Positions 58,040 to 64,000 of a stretch of DNA of 64,000 nucleotides are shown in pieces (positions within the stretch are counted from its first letter, which is position 1; each line of letters begins with the position of its first letter). The translations under genes and the position numbers were made by a program. The stretch is from Candidatus Melainabacteria bacterium 17Bon1m (GTDB taxonomy: Bacteria > Cyanobacteriota > Vampirovibrionia > Obscuribacterales > Obscuribacteraceae). Location of the stretch: positions 192,001 to 256,000 of the forward strand of contig JAVLKG010000004.1 in assembly GCA_032128875.1 (NCBI GenBank), read 5' to 3'. The notes under the pieces are model-generated. The model saw only the letters and a program-made list of their open reading frames with translations. It was not told the DNA's origin and made no database searches.

Positions 58040-58806
58040 TCGTTACGCTCAGCTGAATATACTGCCACTGTATATTTGAGAGATACTTCGCCGCCCTTTT
58101 GGAAGCGTGCGAAAGCGGTATTGAGCATTTCCTTTAAACGGTTGGCAATGCCGGTTTCTTTTGGTGCATATGATGCGGAGAACGCTCTCAATATCAGAGC
58201 CTCTCGATCCAATATCTGTTCGTTTTCAAAGTGGGTGAGCTCGCCCTTGCAAAAATATTCTGAAGTGAGCAGTGGTACTCCTGATGCGCCGTGCCTGCCT
58301 TCAATTCGGTCGATTTCGGTGAGTTTTCTAAATGCGTCACCATAGGCGCGTGTGAATGGGTCGCTTTCGTCGCGTTCGTTCCAGATAAGTACCGTCCAGC
58401 CTTGTGGTTTCAAGATTCTGTAAAACTCTCTCAACGCCAGATCCGGTTTGAACCAATGAAAAGCTTGAGCGCATAGCACTGCGTCGACGGAGCAATTCTC
58501 CAGGGTGGTGTCTTCTGCTGTTCCATCCACCAATTTGAGAGTACCGGATTTTAATGAATCGACCAGTTCGGCTGCTTTTTGGCGCATATCGAAATTCGGC
58601 TCAACACCGATGACGTTAAGACCGCGCTCTGCAAACAATTGACTCGAAATACCTGTGCCGCAGCCTACATCGGCTAATGAAGAACCTCTGCTCAATTTGC
58701 AGATATCCACAATATAGTTAATCGCATCATCTGGATATGTCGGTCGCGCTTTTGCATAAACGTCGGCCAATCCGGTAAAGCGTTTGGTATTGTCGATTCC
58801 CATCAT
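58036..58806 (-). CDS. Class I SAM-dependent methyltransferase
   Basis: YAKARPTYP, DVGCGTG, AQAFHWF. Confidence 0.93.
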   Translation of the reverse strand: MMGIDNTKRFTGLADVYAKARPTYPDDAINYIVDICKLSRGSSLADVGCGTGISSQLFAERGLNVIGVEPNFDMRQKAAELVDSLKSGTLKLVDGTAEDTTLENCSVDAVLCAQAFHWFKPDLALREFYRILKPQGWTVLIWNERDESDPFTRAYGDAFRKLTEIDRIEGRHGASGVPLLTSEYFCKGELTHFENEQILDREALILRAFSASYAPKETGIANRLKEMLNTAFARFQKGGEVSLKYTVAVYSAERND

Positions 58807-58997
58807 CAGTGCGTCCCCCGGTATACCCTGGGTAATAAAATCGGTTGCGTATTGGCATCATACAGAATCTTGTCTCCAATGAAAACAAGCGAAACTCGCT
58901 TAATTCGTCGCCCACAATCTTTAATGGAAAATACAAGACACCAGCTTTTGGATTTCTCCAGAAGCTGGCTCCTGTTTGGCTGTTCAACTCAACCCGG

Positions 58998-59759
58998 TTA
59001 AATTCCCCGTTTAAATATCCTCAGCATTTGAGTGGCGCCTCTTATGTCCTTCATCATTACTGATTCAAATTGCATGTCGTACGGGAAGAACGATTCGTCA
59101 TTCAACAATTGCTCAATAAACGGATGAGTTTTCTTGTTTGGTCCGACGACCGGATAAATGCGGACTTCCTGGCGAGCGATTCGAAGCATCTCGTGCAGCG
59201 CACGATGATGAAAGAGATAATCAAAATTCGAATTTTCGAGTATGCCTCCTGTTTCAACATTGCTATAGAGAAATAGCAAGTTACCGCAAAGAACCATGTC
59301 GAAACTGTCATCATAGAATGGAAGATGAGGGAAGGAAGCGGCTACGTAGCGTCTGCATGCGTCCATCCTTCTGTAGTCATTGGCGAATGTCGTGAGCGCT
59401 TTTAGCTTCTCATTCAGAAAGGTGATGTCATCGTCGTTGGTCTGGCGCATGAAGAGCGACCTGTGTCGCTGTGTTTCGCGTATGCAAGCAGGTATGTCGC
59501 GTTGTGCACTTTCCATAATGTCGTCAATTTGCTTGGAATAAATCGGATCGCAGGCAACAACTTTTAAGTCTAATTTCTGTGCTTCCGCAGCGAACGATGC
59601 AGGCCCCGACGCGCAATCCAGAATGCTTTTGCCTTTTAAATTTTCCAGATCGAGGTTGAACATTTCGACGTATTCATTCATTGTTCTGCCGAAACATGCA
59701 ACACGATCGAGTTGAAATGGGTCATCCATTCGATTCTGGTTTGGATTGAACGTCATCAT
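58998..59759 (-). CDS. SAM-dependent methyltransferase-like protein
   Basis: GRTMNEYVEMF, ILDCASGPASF, LPFYDDSFDMVLC, EMLRIARQEVRIYP; strong RBS. Confidence 0.85.
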   Translation of the reverse strand: MMTFNPNQNRMDDPFQLDRVACFGRTMNEYVEMFNLDLENLKGKSILDCASGPASFAAEAQKLDLKVVACDPIYSKQIDDIMESAQRDIPACIRETQRHRSLFMRQTNDDDITFLNEKLKALTTFANDYRRMDACRRYVAASFPHLPFYDDSFDMVLCGNLLFLYSNVETGGILENSNFDYLFHHRALHEMLRIARQEVRIYPVVGPNKKTHPFIEQLLNDESFFPYDMQFESVMMKDIRGATQMLRIFKRGI

Positions 59760-59867
59760 TTCGCTTCCTCCTTGTGTGCTTGTTTATTGGATTGGCGTCG
59801 TTCTAACTTAGTATTTTGATTGGCGACAGCAGTTTGTTCGGCGCTCACATTACAAGACTAAGGAGAT

Positions 59868-59886
59868 TGTGTGAGAGGTGTGTGAG
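59868..59886 (-). promoter_or_regulatory. Putative OmpR/PhoB-type direct-repeat site
   Basis: TGTGTGAG at 59868 and 59879 (11-bp period), upstream of a minus-strand TGTAAT at 59854-59849. Confidence 0.45.
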
Positions 59887-59958
59887 GACTGGAATCGCCC
59901 GTTTATTCGGACGTTTGAGAATTACCCCTGCCGGCTTCGATAGGGTAAAATTGGACAA

Positions 59959-61797
59959 ATGCGACTGAACCTTACACTCTCGCGCAAGGCCATAATTTTG
60001 GTTTCCGTGCCTTTGGTCATTGAACTGGCACTGGTTTGTTTTCTTATGACGCTATTGCAACAGGCTGAGAAAGAGCGAGAGATGGAAGCGCATTCTCGTG
60101 AAATTTCCAACGAGATAAACGGCGCAATGCGCTGCCTAATCAATGCTGGCACGAATACTGTTATTTATCATGTAAGCGGATCTAGAGATTCGCTCAAGTT
60201 ATACAAGCAATCTGTTCGCGAGTTTCCCCAGGTTGTTGAGCGCCTTTCTCGGATGGTAAAGGGACGAGAGGAAGAAGAGGACAATCTGCTTAGAATGGTC
60301 TCTTTGTACAACAGGGCCAATCAAAATCTTGTGGAAGGGCACCGTAAGCTTGAGGCCGGTGATCGTATCGGTTCGATGAAACCGTACGCAAATCTCAACA
60401 AGTCCATGGCAGAACTCTACGTTGTTGCGGACAAAATTCAGAGCCGACAAAATGAGATTCAAGAAAAGCAAAAAGCTGCGCAAGCTGCCACAAGAGAGCA
60501 GATTAAGTGGCTTGTCGTTGCCGGTGCTTTGTTGAATGTTTTAGCAGCGGTTGGGCTCGTGCTTTATTTCAATCGCGGCACCGCCAATCGTTTTAATGTG
60601 CTTCTCGACAATACCATGCGCCTTGCATCGGGAGAGCCTCTTAACGCGCCACTTTCCGGCGCAGATGAAATTGCTCGATTGGACAGGGTTTTTCGAAAAA
60701 TGGCCAATTCTTTGGCTGCGGCGACTCAAAAGGAGCGTGCGGTACTTCAAAACGCAGCAGACGTCATTTGTTCAATTGACGATGATTTTAAGTTTGCCGC
60801 TATGAATCCTGCTGTTGAAAAGGTTCTTGGTTACACGCCAGACGAGATGATTGGTGCGCGCCTTGTTCAATACCTTTATGCGGACGATGTTGAAAAAACG
60901 CTTGATGCTTTGAAGAAAAACATTCAAGAAAAGGGCGAGCTCGCATTGGAAAATCGAATGGTTCGCAAAGATGGTACGACCGTGGACATGCTGTGGTCAT
61001 TGCACTGGACAGAAGCGGAGAAATCGACGATTTGCGTTCTGCACGATATCACCTACAGGAAAGAGTTAGAACGATTGAAGCGTGACTTTGTCGCGATGGT
61101 GAGCCACGATCTGCGCACTCCTCTTACATCAATATCCGGCTTCCTGAGCCTACTTCGGACCGGCAAGTACAATCAGCTTTCGCCTGATGGGCTCGAGAGT
61201 CTTAAGAGTGCAGATGCAAGTGTTGGCAGATTGATGAGCATGGTCAATGATTTGTTGGACATCGAGCGTGTTGAGTCGGGAAGATTAGATCTCAATCTTG
61301 GCCCGCTTACCATTGAAGGGCTTCTCGAGAGCGTTTTCGGCATGCTTGAGCCGATTGCCAAAGAGAAAAAAATAGAGCTCGTATCTCCCAAGCACAAGGA
61401 AATAGAATTCGTCGGTGATGCCGATCGTTTGAACCAAGTACTTGTAAATCTGGTGTCGAATGCAATCAAATTTTCAGAGCCGAATTCAAAGATTGTGGTT
61501 GAAGCGATTGAAAACCCGACCAGCGTTCGCGTCGAAGTTCGAGATACGGGAAGAGGCGTACCCGATCACTTAAAACAAGCGGTATTCGAACGTTTTAAAC
61601 AAGTCGATCCGGCTGATGCCGCAAAGCGTAAAGGCACGGGCCTTGGGCTTGCGATTTCTAAGGCGATAGTAGAGCGTCACGGTGGTTGCATCGGGGTAGA
61701 AGATAATAAATCGGAGTCTGCAGATGGAAATATAGGGTCAGTTTTCTGGTTCACTGTGCCTACCACCGATGCCCAATCTCATTTTGATCAAACTTGA
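59959..61797 (+). CDS. Membrane sensor histidine kinase (4HB-HAMP-PAS-HisKA-HATPase)
   Basis: Two TMs, HAMP DEIARL, PAS NPAVEKVLGY, SHDLRTPL, NLVSNAIKF, DTGRG, GTGLGL. Confidence 0.96.
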   Translation: MRLNLTLSRKAIILVSVPLVIELALVCFLMTLLQQAEKEREMEAHSREISNEINGAMRCLINAGTNTVIYHVSGSRDSLKLYKQSVREFPQVVERLSRMVKGREEEEDNLLRMVSLYNRANQNLVEGHRKLEAGDRIGSMKPYANLNKSMAELYVVADKIQSRQNEIQEKQKAAQAATREQIKWLVVAGALLNVLAAVGLVLYFNRGTANRFNVLLDNTMRLASGEPLNAPLSGADEIARLDRVFRKMANSLAAATQKERAVLQNAADVICSIDDDFKFAAMNPAVEKVLGYTPDEMIGARLVQYLYADDVEKTLDALKKNIQEKGELALENRMVRKDGTTVDMLWSLHWTEAEKSTICVLHDITYRKELERLKRDFVAMVSHDLRTPLTSISGFLSLLRTGKYNQLSPDGLESLKSADASVGRLMSMVNDLLDIERVESGRLDLNLGPLTIEGLLESVFGMLEPIAKEKKIELVSPKHKEIEFVGDADRLNQVLVNLVSNAIKFSEPNSKIVVEAIENPTSVRVEVRDTGRGVPDHLKQAVFERFKQVDPADAAKRKGTGLGLAISKAIVERHGGCIGVEDNKSESADGNIGSVFWFTVPTTDAQSHFDQT

Positions 61798-62815
61798 GCC
61801 TCCACGGCGAATCAGTGCGCTTTCTCACTCGCTTCTCTTCTCGGCTGTGCTCGTTTGTCTAGTATCGTTTTCCACACCAGCATTTTCTGCAGACTTTACG
61901 CCGTTTCAAATTCAGAATTTTGTTGCTCGTGCCCGCGCCCTTGGTTCTGGTTCCAGCTCGAACTCGCAAGAAGCAGCGCAGCTAACAAGCGCTGCCAGTC
62001 TGATGTACAAGCAAGGAAACGTGCGCGAATCGCGTGAAATACTCTCAATAATATGTAATTCAAAGTACGTTGATTGCGTCTCTTTGTGCTCGCTGGCAGA
62101 TCATTACATCGATCAAGTTGGCGAAACAGACAAAGTACATTCAGGAGAAAAACTGCTACAGCGCGCTGCAAAATTGGACCCTAATTGTGGTCGAGCCTGG
62201 ACTACCCTGGCTGATTTGGCATTCAAGGACAGCAATCTAAGTTTGGCGCTCAAGTATTCGGATAAGTCGTTGAGCGTTATGCCGAAATCGAGGATGAATA
62301 GGCTTTCTTATATGGTGAGGGCGTCCATCCTGGCACAAATGAAGCGATACGACGAAGCTCTCGAGTGCGTGCGAAAGGCAGAGAGACCGGCTGGTTATAG
62401 AGCAGAACTTTGGCGTATAAAGGCGAGTATTCTTGAAAATTTGAATCGATACGCCGAGGCTGCAGCAGCCTATCGCACTGCTCTGTCAAAGAGTAAGCAA
62501 AACAAAGATTGGATGGTCTTTCAAATCGTCAGGTGCCTGGAGAAGCAAAACCTGAACAAAGAAGCTATCGGGGAGCTTGGGCAGCTCATTAAGACTAATC
62601 CTTCAGATGCCGAAGCTTACCGAATTCGTTCTGCCATCAAAACCAAAATCAATGATTTGAATGGTGCCATTGCAGATCTTTCCAAGGTTCTGGAATTGGA
62701 GCCGACGACAAAGAGTTTTACCGAGAGGGCAAAACTCTATAAGCGATTAGGCAAAAACGACCTGGCGAGAAAGGATGAGCGAGCGGCAGAAAAGCTCAAG
62801 GCAAGCCCGTTTTAA
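61769..62815 (+). CDS. Secreted TPR protein
   Basis: Signal peptide; multiple TPRs (YDEALEC, AIADLSKVLEL). Confidence 0.85.
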   Translation: MPNLILIKLEPPRRISALSHSLLFSAVLVCLVSFSTPAFSADFTPFQIQNFVARARALGSGSSSNSQEAAQLTSAASLMYKQGNVRESREILSIICNSKYVDCVSLCSLADHYIDQVGETDKVHSGEKLLQRAAKLDPNCGRAWTTLADLAFKDSNLSLALKYSDKSLSVMPKSRMNRLSYMVRASILAQMKRYDEALECVRKAERPAGYRAELWRIKASILENLNRYAEAAAAYRTALSKSKQNKDWMVFQIVRCLEKQNLNKEAIGELGQLIKTNPSDAEAYRIRSAIKTKINDLNGAIADLSKVLELEPTTKSFTERAKLYKRLGKNDLARKDERAAEKLKASPF

Positions 62816-63561
62816 TAACCAAGCAAGAGCTTTAGGCCTAAGACACTGCCGATGGTGATAAAGAGACCTTTGACGAAGCGAGTGCCCTTCTTTGCACCAA
62901 TGTGTGAGCCGATATAGGCACCACATACAGCGCCAATTACTGAGGGAATAATCAACGATAATTTCCAATTGCCGCGTGAGCCATACATTACTGATGCGAA
63001 TAAACACCAGAAAAATGACATAACATATGAGTAGCCGAGCGCTTCCAGCAGTTTGAATCCGCGTGTTTTTGTCAATATCGCGCTTGTAATGAGACTGTTT
63101 CCCGAGCCAAAAAACGATTCATAAAATCCTAAAGGAAATCCTGCCAGGCTCGTCAGCCAGCGGCTGGTGGTTGGTTCTTTCTTTTCGAGGCCGAACTCTT
63201 TTTTGAAAAAGGTGTAAGCAACTAGAGAAAGAATAATCACACCAATAACTCTCTGCATGTCTTTCGGATTGCTGTGCATCACGACTTGCGCCCCGAAAAA
63301 TGCGCCAATCAGACCGCACACTACCATGCAGCCTACCAGGCGCCAATCGACTTCGTGTCCGCGTAAGTAATTACGCGCAGCCACTAGCGTCCACATGGCG
63401 CCGGCAAGGGTGTTGGTCGCCATCGCAACGGGAAGAGGAAACCCCATCATCAGCCAAAAAGGAGTCGAAATCATATTGGAGCCGCCTCCGCACATCGAAC
63501 TTATCAGTGTCGACCCAAATGCGACTGCTGCAATTGCTGCGAATTGTGCGACGTCAACCAA
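62812..63561 (-). CDS. TauE/SafE (TSUP) family sulfite exporter
   Basis: GGGS..P, AMATN, GFYESFFGSG, GAYIGSH; about 8 TMs. Confidence 0.9.
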   Translation of the reverse strand: MVDVAQFAAIAAVAFGSTLISSMCGGGSNMISTPFWLMMGFPLPVAMATNTLAGAMWTLVAARNYLRGHEVDWRLVGCMVVCGLIGAFFGAQVVMHSNPKDMQRVIGVIILSLVAYTFFKKEFGLEKKEPTTSRWLTSLAGFPLGFYESFFGSGNSLITSAILTKTRGFKLLEALGYSYVMSFFWCLFASVMYGSRGNWKLSLIIPSVIGAVCGAYIGSHIGAKKGTRFVKGLFITIGSVLGLKLLLGY

Positions 63562-63648
63562 TGACTATTCACCGGATTTCAAGACATTAAAGCGTATCAG
63601 ATGCTGTAAATTATTCTATGGACGTTTTCGGGTAGTTGAAGTTCGGCT

Positions 63649-64000
63649 ATGGCCAAGATTCTTGTCGTTGAAGATGATGAAAGCCTCTCGCGGATGGTAT
63701 CCGAGTGGTTGTCTGGCGAGCACCACAATGTAGAGTGCAGCTTTGATGGTGCCGATGCCAGTGAGCGCTTGAGATTCTATGAGTTCGACCTGGTTATTCT
63801 CGATCTCAATTTGCCGAGCATGGGTGGCATCAAGATCTTGCGTGAGTTTCGCGCGGCCGGCAGAACGACACCGGTGCTGATACTTACTGGACAAGACCGT
63901 ATTGAAGATAAGGAAATTGGTTTAGACAGCGGCGCTGATGATTATTTGACCAAGCCTTTCAATATGAAAGAGCTTTCCGCGCGCGTTAGAGCAATATTGC
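63649..64000 (+). CDS. OmpR-family response regulator, 3' end beyond the window edge
   Basis: Not in the ORF track; manual translation MAKILVVEDD..DLVILDLNLP..PVLILT..GADDYLTKPF..LSARVRAIL. Confidence 0.92.
   Translation, partial: MAKILVVEDDESLSRMVSEWLSGEHHNVECSFDGADASERLRFYEFDLVILDLNLPSMGGIKILREFRAAGRTTPVLILTGQDRIEDKEIGLDSGADDYLTKPFNMKELSARVRAIL

Noticed and set aside
59879-59890. Similarity to the cyanobacterial Yfr1 motif ACTCCTCACAC on the minus strand
   Set aside because: Mismatched (AGTCCTCACAC) and lacks the two flanking hairpins; better explained as a direct-repeat site.
1-64000. Mobile elements, prophage, defence island, rRNA/tRNA
   Set aside because: I recognised no transposase, integrase, phage, cas, restriction or toxin-antitoxin motifs and saw no obvious compositional island by eye.

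Overview
A 64-kb stretch of gene-dense bacterial chromosome (about 49% GC by eye) with about 55 CDS. I found no rRNA, tRNA, CRISPR array, prophage or IS element. Cyanobacteria-like MinCDE, DnaK and DUF3370, the absence of photosynthesis genes and HIP1 enrichment, and many TPR/LRR and DUF4388-type proteins suggest a non-photosynthetic cyanobacterial relative (Melainabacteria, Obscuribacterales-like); this is inference only. In order, the window holds minC-minD-minE-rodA, an APC permease, meaB, nagA, three secreted alpha/beta hydrolases with TPR proteins, a degenerate CHASE3 chemoreceptor, a Rieske oxygenase, a lipase maturation factor with a NatAB/CPBP ABC exporter, a second ABC-2 exporter, DUF2092-TlpA, a fused membrane/spermidine-synthase protein, an orphan dnaK, adenosine deaminase, two USPs, a NarL regulator divergent from a group-2-like sigma70, HxlR, SCP2, YfcE, a four-helix copper-storage protein, rhomboid, aidB, a DUF4388/degenerate GGDEF protein, NUDIX, two methyltransferases, a PAS histidine kinase, TauE and a partial OmpR regulator. 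The best candidate for an undescribed system is at 49645-50553: a Cys-rich, Sec-targeted upstream ORF whose last codons and stop form an 18-bp stem with the Shine-Dalgarno of the copper-storage gene. It looks like a metal-sensing leader-peptide translational switch but lacks the RAPP/PP motif of known examples. Also notable are a dispersed 13-bp-period repeat array at two loci, a perfect 7-2-7 NarL-type site in front of the sigma factor, and a likely c-di-GMP receptor. All family calls come from recognising motifs by eye; no database search was run.
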